Shown piece after piece: positions 12,601 through 24,930 of a DNA stretch of 64,000 nt. Below the pieces are notes generated by a model, which saw only the letters and a program-made list of their open reading frames with translations, did no database searches and had not been told where the DNA came from. Position 1 is the stretch's first letter. Each line of letters starts with the position of its first letter. The DNA comes from Paramecium tetraurelia (taxonomy: Eukaryota). A program made the position numbers and the translations under genes. The DNA is taken from the NCBI GenBank assembly GCA_000165425.1, contig CT868656.1, positions 186,001 to 250,000 of the forward strand, written 5' to 3'.

Positions 12601-14629
12601 NNNNNNNNNNNNNNNNNNNNNNNNNNNNNNNNNNNNNNNNNNNNNNNNNNNNNNNNNNNNNNNNNNNNNNNTTGCGTGGGAGGGGCGAAACTTGAAAAAT
12701 TTAAATTGTGATGTTCATTCATGTAATAGAGAAAGTCATATCTGTGATTAAAAATGCTCATAATGTATTGATAAATAATGCAATCATAAAGCAGGGCATG
12801 ATGAAAAGTAAGAACATCTTTGTTCGAAATAAGATCATATTTGTGAAAAGAACTGCACTGTTTAAGATTGTAAAAATAAGTGCAATAATATTCGAAATCA
12901 TAACGGCAATCACACTTGTAATGAAAAGCACATCTGCAAAAATACTTGTGCATATTGCGAAAAGCAATGTTAATTTGACAGAGCTGATAAACATCAAATT
13001 CATATCTGTGTAGATAAGAATAATGGGTGCAATTAAGAATGCTAATTATGCGAGAAAAATTGCTCAGAATAACATCAGCATTCTATAAAAAGAGGAGGTA
13101 TATATTGTGAGAAAAAGTGCCTTAGAATTCATTCACATAGTAGACAGCCTAAAGGTACTCATCTCTGTAGTAATATTCATTTTTGTAAGGAAACTTGTTC
13201 AAAATAAGGAATTTGTAATGTAGAATATGAATCCGTTTAGGTGACTTGGAAAACCAATATCGCTGAATTTTAATACATAAAATATATTCCTAAAACTGGA
13301 GGCAAAAAGAAATGTATGCATCAGATTGCCAAAGGGAAATATGAACATGCTGAAGAGCATATTTGCATGCGTGATACTGATGTCTAATATCACTATTGCG
13401 ATTAAAAATGCCCTGAATGTTAATCCTTCTGTGAATTATAATATGGTCATGCAGGGTTGCATTATTCAAGTAAGCATAGAAATAAAGATGATTAAAAATT
13501 TACATAACAATAGGGTAAAAATAGCTAAATCAAAGTATTAAGTGAAGATGGAAAATTAGTTAAAAATTATGTTGTTGGAGATGTTTCATCTCCAGAAACT
13601 TGCAGAGAGAGTTGTAAAAGAAGAGGTAGAAGTCATTTTCATTTAATTGAGTGTAAAGGTGGAGATAGCTGTTTAGAAAAAACGCTTCAAAGATATGCTA
13701 GACATTCGAAAGAAAAATATTAAGGTTTTGAAAATAAGAGGTTTGATGAGATCTTATGCTTTCAATTTTGGGAATAAAAAATGTGGGCTCATCCTTTACA
13801 AAACACAGAAGATATCGATAATATATAAGGTTGTGATGCCTATTGTCCATAATGTTTAGAAGTTAAATAGTTCTGTTAAGAGAGAGGATGGCACACAAAT
13901 TCAAATAAGATAAAAGATCATAAATTTGCATGTGCTGTAAACCATTAGTAGGATTTAATTCATGGGATTGACGTTGCATTTGTAATTGATACAACTGGGT
14001 CTATGTCCCCATATATTAATTCTTGCATTGAGATAATCAAGAAAACTATGCAAAAATTTGTAGAATTTAAAGAGCATATTTAAGTATGTCAATTCGCTGT
14101 TGTTTCATATAAAGATCATAATGTTCCATATAATATGAATCAATAAGTAGTCTAAGTGCAAGATTTTGCCTCAGCGGATGTTATCAATTAGTTCTTGGGA
14201 TAATTAAAAGCTGCTGGAGGTGGTGATTTTGCAGAAGCATTATTAGATGGATTAGATGCATCAATAAGGTTAGGTTGGACTGATAAAAATGTGAAAGTTT
14301 TATATTTAATAGCTGATGCTCCTCCTCACGGAAATAATAATAAACAGAAAATGTATCACAATTTTAAAGATGACTATCCTGATGGATGTCCTTGTGGATT
14401 AGAATAAACTATGATTTTGTAAAAAATTTAAGATAAAAATATTTAATTAAAGGTTATAAAATTAAACCAAAATCTTGAGATGATGATATCAAAGTTTAAA
14501 GAGGATTATTCAAACCTAATAGAATTAACTCCTTCAAATATAGAATAAAATGAATTCCAAAATATATTGATAAAGGATATCTGTAAGTATTTGGAGCACA
14601 ATGAAATAACCTACCAATATAGATGTTGA
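6664..14629 (+). CDS. giant VLIG/GVIN-type (GBP/atlastin superfamily) GTPase with coiled coil, Cys/His-rich repeats and C-terminal VWA domain
   Basis: G1 GIIGKQSSGKSYLLNRVFG (~9576), G2 ARCTDGIW, G3 ILDCEGLF (~9720). Coiled coil 10680-12440; C/H repeats 12700-13950; VWA IDVAFVIDTTGSM (~13967), GGGDFAEALLDGL, LIADAPPHG. TGA at 14627-14629. Frame unresolved at ~7550-8150; the gene spans an N gap. Confidence 0.85.
12522..12671. other. assembly gap (150 N)
   Basis: Run of N. The flanks appear to be overlapping low-quality copies of the same sequence. Confidence 0.98.
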
Positions 14630-14709
14630 AGAGTTAATTATGAAGCACTTATATTTAGTATTACATTAATATATTTTTTATTAGAAATAAATATAAAAAT
14701 TTAATTATA

Positions 14710-17700
14710 ATGAAATATAATCTAAATATTGATGGTTTGAAAAATAATTTTTCAATTTTTTCTCGACTCCTAGAAGATAGTCTTGACTGCAACATTGATC
14801 TATCAATCACTTTTCATGAATCAAATAATATGACAAGAGGATTGATACAAGAATTTATGAATTAGAGGTTTCTGTAAGTTGACAAGATGTTAAAAATAAA
14901 TTTGAAAGAATATTCTCAAATTGTAGAAAGGGACAAAGAACTAGAAAAATCATTAAAAGATCATGTAAAATAAAAGTTAAGCTTGAATAATGATATTGAA
15001 TGGATTATAGATAATAATCAAATAATTACAGAATTAAATTGTAGTCAAATAGTAGAAGAATATCTTAATAAATTATTTATACTTTAGACATAGTTCAAAG
15101 AATATGTTGATTTTCTTTAGACCTAAAGAAATGTAAAAACTATATGCTTAAATTAAGAAAGACCATTACAAGGGTATAAAGGGAATTTCTAATCAAGCAT
15201 GTATGACACTTATATAATTTATGGATATAAGCATTCTGATATCTCAGAAATATTTAAAAAGCAAATTGTTCGATTGGAATTAAATGTAAGGATGTTTCAT
15301 GTATTTACAACATATTACGTTCCAAAAATAAAGCCTTGGGTTGAAAAATACTATTATGTTTATGTGGAAGTAGATGAACTTGAAGAATATGTAATTACGA
15401 TAACTAATATACTTAGATGATTCTTTATGGCCCAATTAATTTAGTTAAGGAAGCTGAAGAAATAATTATGAAAGAATTTAAGCAACTTTAACTCTACCAT
15501 GGAATTATAAAATCAGAGGGTTTAACAGAGGAATAATTTACATTTTTGGAAGTTCATGAATTTTTAAAAGAATCTTCATATTAGAATTATTAAGTTTCTA
15601 AACAATCATCAGAAATCTTAGATTAATTGGAGGAAAGTTTGAAAGATATTAAAAGTATGGCATTTTAGGCAGCGATTTTTGCTGGTAAATAATTTAATTC
15701 AAAATCTTATAGAGTTTAAAGATGGAGGTTTAGATGGAAGTTGTGTTTTATGTTCAAATTTTGAGATTGATTAAAACGGTGTTGAATAAATATTAGAATC
15801 AGAAGTTGAAAAGCTAGCGTCAATTAATAAGAATGGAAATTGTGTAGGTTACTTTTAGATTGTTTACGGGATGAAGCTAAGTGTCAATTTAAAATCAAAG
15901 TTCAATGATCATTTAAAAGTAGTCAAAGAAGAAATTCATAATTAAAACTATATATGCTATTTGTAAATGTAAGATTTTTCAGATTTGCAGAATTATGAAA
16001 TGCAATTCAAAGTTAAATTGGATTCTAATAATGAAAAATTCTTTGTAACTGGAAAATAAGATCAAATAAATAAATTTAAAGAAAACTTGCAAAATATCAT
16101 TACATCTAAGATTGACATAATTGATTACTATTAATATAAGAATAATTTTAATATTAGGGCAGCTATGATTGACTATCAAGAAAGATATGATTAAATCATA
16201 GCCTAAAATTAATGTGAAGGTATTTAAATATCTATATTCGTAGTTGAGGCAAATTTATTAAATACAAGAATAAAATTATCTGGCAAGCAAATGAATGTCG
16301 CCTAACTAAAATAAGATTTACAATAATTAGAATAAGATATCCAATCAAATAAGATTTAAAAATAAATTTCAATAGATATCCCAAAAGGAATCAATTTTTC
16401 GTACAGATTTTTAATGTAATTAGTTAATTGCTCAAAAATATTCAGCAAAAATATCCATCAATAGATTTAGTCGCTGGAGCATGCGATGAAGTTAATATCG
16501 CCTAAATTTATTCTTTTCGCAGAAAATAAACCAGAATCAAAATTTGCAATGGATCACCTAAAGGTTTATTTGACATATAGGCTGAATTATTGAAATTAGA
16601 TAAAGCATTATTTATTATCCCAATAGAAAAAGTCCATTTGGAACTCCAGAAACCCTCCTTGCTATGGGAACATGAGTTAATTTAACAAAGATAAATTGAT
16701 ACCAAACAAATTAAAGAAACCAAATTCTATAAATTGAATACATACTCTACAGAAATCACTTAAACTAATGCGAATGTTAATTCAAAAGACAAAAAAAAGA
16801 AACCAAAAACAGAAACTATAGAGTATTTTATTTGTTAAGTTTATTACAAAAACTACCTAAAACCAGAAAACTTTATACATTATTTTGATAAGGAAACATT
16901 AAGCAATTCACTTGATAAATTAGTTAATCAATTTTAAGTGATTAAACCTAATTAAATTTATATTTCTTGTTAAAATGACAAAGGCTAAAATTATCAATAG
17001 ATAATCGATTATGTGATCAAAGAATAATAGTATGTTTCAATTAATATCATTTAGCCCAAAAGTGACAATCTTGTTTTTAATGTCCTAAGCAGAAAACATG
17101 GAAAGCCTAAAATAGGATCTTCTGAAGGACTTTGCGTGCACCGGTTCTCCTACTGGAGTTTGTCGGCTATCGCGAACTTATACTGNNNNNNNNNNNNNNN
17201 NNNNNNNNNNNNNNNNNNNNNNNNNNNNNNNNNNNNNNNNNNNNNNNNNNNNNNNNNNNNNNNNNNNNNNNNNNNNNNNNNNNNNNNNNNNNNNNNNNNN
17301 NNNNNNNNNNNNNNNNTGATTTATGTATATAAGATAAGATTTAATCGTTAATTGAAGATTTAAATAAAATTTAATGAATATGTTTTTAAAATAAATCAAT
17401 AATTAAAATATTGTTAATACTGTTAATGTCAAACAATAGTTCAAACTAGAAAATCAAAATCATTAACTAACAATAATACCCTCAGTAATAGATCCCTTAT
17501 CAGTTTAATAATGATTATATGTCACCTTATAAGCAAAATACTGAAAACTCACACACAAAAATTGCAGTTAAATAACCTTTTGATTTAAATATAAACGAGC
17601 AAAATAAGCAAAGGTCATCCTCCTAAATTTCAAACCCATTGCATACTAGTAAAATTGATCTCTTCACTAAGTATTACGAGAGGTCATCGAAAATTGGCTA

Positions 17701-18574
17701 ACCCTATAGTTAAATTTTAAACTAATAAAATTCTGATTTTGCAACATAAATAAATGAAAAGCCATAGTAAAATACTAATTGCTAATCCTATTCAGTTTAA
17801 AATGTTTAAAATGTCAATAATATTAAATATACCAACTCTTAATGTTAGCAAAACTAGGCATATGTAGGAAATTATGTAAATAAAGGAAATAATATAATTA
17901 ATAACAATTAATAAGTATATTAATAACCTATCACTCAATAACGTCTTAGCAATCAGTATAATAATAATAATAATTTTGAAGCATATTAGCCCTAGAGTGT
18001 TTTCAATACTTAGCTTTATAATTAAAATAATAACGTATATTAAGTTTAGAACTATCCAACAGAAAATCATACCATTAAATAGTTGGAGAATTAGTCTATT
18101 GCAAATGTTAGGATGGAAAAGGAAGAAACAAAATAATATGGCTCAGACAATAATTGTGAAATTTAAGAAGACTTAACTTCATCATTAGTCAAATCCATAG
18201 TGTATTAATGTTAACATTGCAATACAAGGGTTTCTCGTGATATTATTCAACTTGATTGTTACCATTTTTATCACATTTAGTGTTTCTAAGATCATTTGTT
18301 ACATTAAATCTCAGCGAAAACATATAGACCTATACAATGTCATTGCAGAATTAAGATTACATAGTCTTAAGTAAAAAATGTGTTGAAATAAAACTAAATA
18401 TCTGGTTTGGTTGAAAAACTATTAGAATCAGAAATCAATTCTATTTTTAAGATGTACCAGAAAATTTAGAATCTAAATAAATGTGGATAATGTAATTTTT
18501 TCTGGGTTGGAAGTGAAAAAGATAAAACCTAAAGCCCATACTACTGTTAAAATTGCGAAAGGAAATACTATTGA
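14710..18574 (+). CDS. large protein with KH-like repeats, Q/N-rich low-complexity region and C-terminal RING plus CxxC..CxxC (RBR-like) module; putative E3 ligase
   Basis: ATG 14710; introns e.g. 15391-15416, ~15685-15712, ~16220-16243. Repeated strand-G-helix units ILYGPINLVKEAEEII, FVTGKQDQINKFKENL, KLSGKQMNVAQLKQDL. CQHC..LDCYHFYHIQC..CHC from 18209, then CGQC..CQNC. TGA 18572-18574. Spans an N gap, so could be two genes. Confidence 0.65.
17186..17316. other. assembly gap (N run)
   Basis: Run of N preceded by an atypical GC-rich ~55 nt, likely a poor read end. Confidence 0.98.
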
Positions 18575-18636
18575 TATTATATATTATTATTGTCAAAATT
18601 CATTATGTTTTTAAATGATATAGTATATGAAATTAC

Positions 18637-19264
18637 TCAGATAAATTAATATATTTCATTAATTGCTTTAGTAATATTCTGAATTTCAGTTTATATGTTG
18701 CTTTAATCTTATTCTAATTTTAAAACAGTTTAGAAATTTTTAAACATATTTATTAAATCAACTTCCATTTTATCAATCTACAAATTTCTAATAGAATTAT
18801 ACTTAATCTTTTTAATCTTCGTATTCAGTTTATACATCATGTAAAACTTTTGTCAATATATTGCAAGCATCTTCTACAGATTTAATTCGATCATCTTTCT
18901 CATTAATTTCATTTTAAATTTAATCAAATCGTTATGGTATTGAAATCAGAATTTATTTACTAGTGTCAGTTAATTCTGCAATCTATTATTGAAGAGATTC
19001 AGGGATGATAGGTGGGATACAAGTTAATTTATGTATAACTTCCTCTAAATTTTAAATTCTTTTTTCAAGTTCAAACAATTTATCGTTGCTGTTTTGCTAT
19101 AATTGTAACATTTCTAATTTATTGACGACTGACCACATTTGCTTAAAAGCAAGATCAAATATTTCATAAGTGACATATTAGTCAGGACAAATCGTTTTAA
19201 GTTATTCAATTGATAAGGATCCATCAGATGAATGAATTCTTTTAGTATTTCTCTTTTCACTCAT
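18637..19264 (-). CDS. hypothetical coiled-coil protein
   Basis: MSEKRNTKRIH... with at least one ~23-nt intron; TGA at 18639-18637. Confidence 0.7.
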
Positions 19265-19389
19265 AAATTGATTAATAAATTTTATATGAATTAATTGTAT
19301 TTTATGCTCAATAGAAAATTAATAATATTTAATTTTCATATGGAACTTTGATATTAGATAAATTATTTGAAATACATCTTTATATTAGC

Positions 19390-19928
19390 AATGTTTTAAC
19401 CATATATAATAAGAATTTAAGAAATTTATTAAATTAAAAAGAATAATTGAAACTTAGAAGCTTTTAGAATAATTAAGGAACAAGAATATGTATATAAATA
19501 ATTGAAGATATAATAACAAAAATGCAAATGTAAGTAAAATTTTGAAAGAATATTGGATTATAAAATATAAATAGGAAGAGTTCATTTAAATTTTATATAA
19601 CATATTATAGATAAGCACCTTCATTGTAGATGTATCTTCTTGTGACGATAAAGGAGGAAATTCATAAAATTATTTTTTATCAAACACTTCCCAAATAATA
19701 TGTTGCAGAATAAATATTAAAAAGCAAAACCTATATATGTTAACTCATGAAAGTACAAAGAGGGGAAAGTAATTTTTGTTATGGTGAAGAGTTATAAGTT
19801 TGACTATTAAAGCAGTAATTAAGTTGAATAAGTTAGATATGATGAGAAATAACTTAAAGACAAAGGCACTTGTTGAGGAAGAAATTCAAGCTAGAGAGGA
19901 ACTTTTATTGAATGAGATTCCCTATTGA
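19390..19928 (+). pseudogene. possible small gene or gene remnant
   Basis: Coding-like frame ending ...EEEIQAREELLLNEIPY* with an internal TGA near 19785. Start unclear. Confidence 0.25.
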
Positions 19929-20015
19929 AAGTAGATCAAAAATAGAAGTCTCTTGTGATGGTTTGAAGTATATTATAAATACAATCATTTTTGATTAACT
20001 ATTTTAATAATTAAA

Positions 20016-22144
20016 ATGCCACCTAAATAATAGAGAGTTGCTCTTAAAAGGCCATAGAATGTAATTATTTTGAGTTTGTACAGTAGAAAAAATAAGCCAA
20101 ATAAGTGAATCAAAATTTAAATCAATAAGACCCAGAACCAGATGGAGATGAATCGGAGTACTAAAATGAAGTTTTGAAATAATTTAATATTATTAGAGAG
20201 AGAAAGAGAGACCATAACTAACGGAGAAGGAACTGAATGAAGATATGCCATCTAAAATGCTTATACCCAATAATCCTCAAGCACCAAAAAATATTACTTA
20301 ATACGATTATTTATAAAGAAAGGTAACTACCCAACTTATGGATAGTATAAAACTGATGAATTGGTGGAATAAATGATTATTCATTTCAGAATGGATGGAG
20401 AAATAATCCACAAAGACTCGAATGAGGCTAGAATACAGGAGGAATTATGGGATACAAAATCAGCATTGATTAAGGAGGCTTAAAGAAATTAGGAAATGGA
20501 AGATCCTGGAGCGTCTAAAGATATAGATGCAATCAAGTAGACTATGAGAAATAAGTTTAATTACAATGCCAGAGAAGCCTAGACTGATGGAAGAGTAATA
20601 AGAGAAAGAGGAGTTTCAACTGAGCCCCCTCCAAGTGATACATTGAAGGGTTAAATTACACAATGGGAAATCTTCGATGCCTACATTTAGAATAAGGCAA
20701 AGGAGGAGAATTAGAAGAAAAAGGATCACACTTCTGACAATACAGTTTATAAGCCATCATTTAAAAGATGCTTAAAAATAATGGAAAGAACTGTTGTTCA
20801 TAATGATTAGAAGGAGAAATACAACGATTATAAATACTATTGGAATTAGGGAGAAGTGGTTGAGACATCAAAGAATGAAGGGTAACTATTATTTTAATTC
20901 AATAAGACATTTGTTGCCAATTTGGAAGTTTTCAAATGAGAAATAGAAGAAAAAACATGTAACGTCTTTGTGTTGGAATCCTCGATATATGGATTTGTTT
21001 GCAGTCAGTTTTGGTAGCTACGAATTTTCAAAATAAAGAATGGGTCTTATATGTTTATATTCTCTTAAAAATACAACTCATCCAGAATATGCATTCACAT
21101 GTGAAGCAGGAGTGATGTGCTTAGATTTTCATCCTTAGAGTCCAGCATTATTGGCTGTCGGATTATATGATGGAACAGTCCTTGTTTATGATATCAGAAA
21201 TAAACACAAGAAGCCCATATATTAATCAACTGTTAGAACATAAAAACATACTGATCCAGTATGGTAAGTTAAGTGGAATCCAGATATCTCAAAGAACTAT
21301 AATTTCTATTCAATTTCATCTGATGGTAGAGTGATGAACTGGGTTTTAATGAAAAATAAACTAGAACCCGAGGAAGTCATTAGATTAAGATTAGTGGGTA
21401 AAAATGAAGAGGAAAGTACTCTGATTGGTTTGGCTTGTGGTTTATGTTTCGATTTCAATAAATTCGAACCTCACATCTTTTTAGTTGGTACAGAGGAAGG
21501 AAAGATCCACAAATGTTCTAGAGCTTATTCTGGATAATATTAGGAAACTTATATTGTAAATTAAATCATTAAATCAATAGGGTCACAATTTGGCAGTTTA
21601 TAAGGTGAAATGGAATAATTTCCATCCTAGAACTTTCATCTCTGCATCAGCAGATTGGACAGTCAAGATTTGGGATTCTAAAATTTCATCTTAAATTATG
21701 AGTTTTGAATAAGGAATGCAAGTTGTCGATGCCATGTGGGCTCCATACAGTTCTACAGGTATATCTAAATATTAATTTAATAGTTTTTGCATGTGCTACT
21801 TAAGATAAGATATTCGTATATGATTTGAATGTTGATAAAATTGGAAAACTTGCAGAATAAAAACCATCTAAATAACCTAGATTGACTAACATTGCATTCA
21901 ATTAAAGAGATCCAATTATTTTGGTAGGTGATACTCATGGTGGCATAACACTACTTAAATTAAGTCCAAATCTTACCAAATGTAATTAATACAATTTGAG
22001 TTTTTAGCTGGTGTTAAAGCAACCAATTTTCCTGATGGAAAAGTTCCCAAGGAATTTGAAAATATGCCAATGGAGGAATATGAAAAATAGAAGATGGAGA
22101 ATCTATTATAAGTAGTTTCAAAATGGGAAAGAGAGGATTCTTGA
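20016..22144 (+). CDS. DNAI1: axonemal outer-arm dynein intermediate chain (IC78/DNAI1; Tetrahymena DIC2-like), WD40
   Basis: MPPKQ start, [93 protein letters not shown]. Several short introns. Confidence 0.95.
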
Positions 22145-22192
22145 GAAACAAATTTTATACACAAAAATATTATAAAAAATACATTTATTTTA

Positions 22193-23417
22193 ATGCACAA
22201 TTATCAAGATCATAGTTAAAAATTCTTTTATGAATTGTGGAAAACTGGTAACAGAATACTGTGCTAAGGAAAGTTGTTAATTGGGTAAATAATAATTTTA
22301 TTGGAGTTCTGAAAATCATAAATTTATTGCATCTATTGTACTAATTACTATACCCACAGTTTTGTATTATGTGTTCATGGCACCTGTATTAAAATATCAA
22401 TACTTAGGCATTGGTTCAAAGAGATCAAATTGTCTAAGTGATCATTTTTATAATTCTGAATTGTCTAGTTTATATTTTCATCACTATTACAGTACTAATG
22501 GATCCAGGTATTATCCCCAAAATAGTACTAATTTATATTATCAAAAAGACTACAAATTATGAAATGGATGAATAGCTAATTTTAATTCCTTAAAAATATT
22601 TGAAGGTTGATCCCCAAGTATTATTTGAATCCAAAACCCTGTAAACGAGAGGACATCAATTTAAATTGAAATTTTGTAACACATGTAAAAAAGCCAAATT
22701 AATATTTTTACAGGTGCCATTTATCGACCTCCTCGAGCCTCACATTGTCCAGCATGTGATAATTGTGTATTAAGATTTGATCATCATTGTCCTTGGATTG
22801 GAGCCTGCGTTGGAAGAAGGAATTATATTTATTTTTATCTCTTTATCTTCTTTCTTTCTGCTACCATGATTTATGTTTTTTCCACATGTCTTGCATATAT
22901 CTTTGGAGACATGAGTGATGATAAGGATAAAGGAGAATAGATAATATCTACATTGTCAAGAAATCCATACTCATTAGCCTTAGCAATCTATTGTTTCATT
23001 GTAAATTCATTAGAATTATTCAGTTCTCCTTTTTTGTTGTTGGCTTGTGGGGATTCCATACATTTTTAGTTATAACTAATATGACCACAAATGAATACTT
23101 GAAGAAACATTGGGTCATCTAAAGTAAGAATCCTTTTAGAAGGTATGACTATTCTTGATTGTATAGAAAGAACATCTTTAAAAATATCTAACATGTCTTA
23201 GCTTGTATCAGAGAAGTCAAGTTTTTAGAACTTCGTCAATATGTTTACGATCCCAAGAGTTATAATCAAGTAATATTTATATATATATATCGAGCCTATC
23301 ACCTAAAATCAAATCAATGAGAATGAAATTGAAAATTTAAATGTAGTATGCGATAATCAAAATAATGTTGCAAGAAGATTGTCAAAACAAACTAACGACC
23401 ATATGGAAGAGCAATGA
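22193..23417 (+). CDS. DHHC palmitoyltransferase (Erf2/ZDHHC9-like)
   Basis: [54 protein letters not shown] and TM segments. Several 22-29 nt introns. Confidence 0.95.
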
Positions 23418-23555
23418 ATATTCAACTAGTCATATTTTAATACATTCAAATCTTTTTCTTTTCTTGAATTGCTTTTAAAGATTCTAAATTTGAAAATCTC
23501 ATTTAAATTAATTAAGTAATTTGATATATATAAGTGAATTATATCATTAATGTAT

Positions 23556-24125
23556 TCATGGAATCGAAGGCAATTTATACTATTAATTTAACAAAGACTA
23601 TTAATGCTGTGGGGAAATTTAACCATTGAATGATTACTAATACTATTTAATTACTTTGCCCAGTCTTTTTCTATGGCTTTCCGTTGCAGTCTGACGAAAA
23701 AGTTTCTCTTACGATTTGAAATCCTAATTTAAGATTTGTTAAATACCTTGGCTACTTTTGAATCTATCATTGCATTATTCAATTGAAAATCCAACGGTTA
23801 TACCTTTTTTATTATCCATTTTGGACTTAGATTCTAACTTCCTTGAGTTATTTGAACTCCAAATTATTTAGCTAAAATTCCTTGAGCCCAATCAGATCCA
23901 TATGGATCTTTTTTCTTCGGAGGATTAACTGTAGACTATTTTATTTAAAGAAAGATAACTTCTAATAGTTTTCTCTTTGGGCTTTTCTATTACTTCTGTT
24001 TAATGAGCTTTTGGCGAGATTTCTCGATTTTTTTAATAACAGTAATCCATTATGGATATAGGCTCACCCACTTCTGGCACGAATGAAGAACACTGAAAAA
24101 AAAGTCCATCCTTTTGCTGTTTCAT
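23556..24125 (-). CDS. hypothetical protein
   Basis: MKQQKDGLFF...KDPYGSDWAQGILAKQFG...YKLPSIP*; introns inferred. Confidence 0.6.
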
Positions 24126-24210
24126 AATTTATTTATTAAATTACCAAGATAAAGTCTAAGCATTATTAGTATTGAGATACATTCACTAATTTATTTGTAA
24201 AATAACATAA

Positions 24211-24915
24211 TCATGAATCAAAAGTTTATCTACCCCTATAGGATTTGGCTGAAGTCTTAATCTAAGGAGTATGACATGGATTGAATTCTGGCATAGAATA
24301 ATCTGTAGTTTCTTAATTCTATGTAGTTTGAATTTATCTCACTTGACTACTCCTTCTTTTTTGCAATCTCTCTTGTATGACGTTGTTTTGAGCTTCAAGG
24401 TTATTATGTATTAATGTGTTCAATTGTTCTTACTAATGAAAAACTAATATTTTTTTATTACTTTTTATTGATGTTAGTTAATCAAATCATCAGCATTTCG
24501 CTTTTAATCAACTTACTTTATTTGCTATAATTTTTATTTCACCTCCAAAGTTGGAGACTTTTTTTAGTTCATTTTCATAGCATTCATAACATTCTTCTTT
24601 GCAAATAAGTTTTAAATCTTGTTCTTGAAAATGAGATACTTGTTTGAATGAATAGCCTCAAAGTATTCCACAGCCTCTTTATATAAATTTATTAATTTCA
24701 TTATTGTATCCATTTAAACATCATCAGATTCTACATCCATTTCTAAATTAAACAGTTCCTCTGCAAAATTGTCCCTCAATTTAGGCACTATTGAGTAGAA
24801 GTTCTATTTTGGTTATTGTTGTGTTTGTTGCTATTAAGGAGGTTTTGGGGGTTCTAGTGTTTAAATAGTTTGAATTACATTTTTGCTATGAGAAACTACG
24901 TATAAAATTAAGCAT
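24211..24915 (-). CDS. hypothetical helical/coiled-coil protein
   Basis: MLNFIRSFSQQK, intron, then NFAEELFNLEMDVE..KLINLYKEAVEYFEAIHSNKYLIFKNKIQNLF. TGA 24213-24211. Confidence 0.75.
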
Positions 24916-24930
24916 GTATTTAAATAAAAA

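Noticed and set aside
12440..12775. Diverged direct repeat flanking the N gap (12447-12521 vs 12691-12772)
   Set aside because: The pre-gap copy is an error-ridden version of the post-gap coding sequence, typical of overlapping low-quality contig ends, not a real duplication or target-site repeat.
12708..13541. ORF-track hydrophobic Ile/Val/Met-rich ORFs on both strands
   Set aside because: They are off-frame shadows of the Cys/His repeat region of the giant GTPase.
17130..17185. GC-rich segment resembling foreign DNA
   Set aside because: It is short and abuts the N gap (as does 12672-12690); most likely a poor read end.
17340..18120. TAA/CAA/AAT-rich stretch resembling a microsatellite or non-coding repeat
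   Set aside because: It encodes Gln/Asn-rich low-complexity protein under code 6.
22285..23294. Introns ending GAG rather than TAG in the DHHC gene (22285-22306, 23270-23294)
   Set aside because: They are still canonical GT..AG and frame-restoring; a minor variation.
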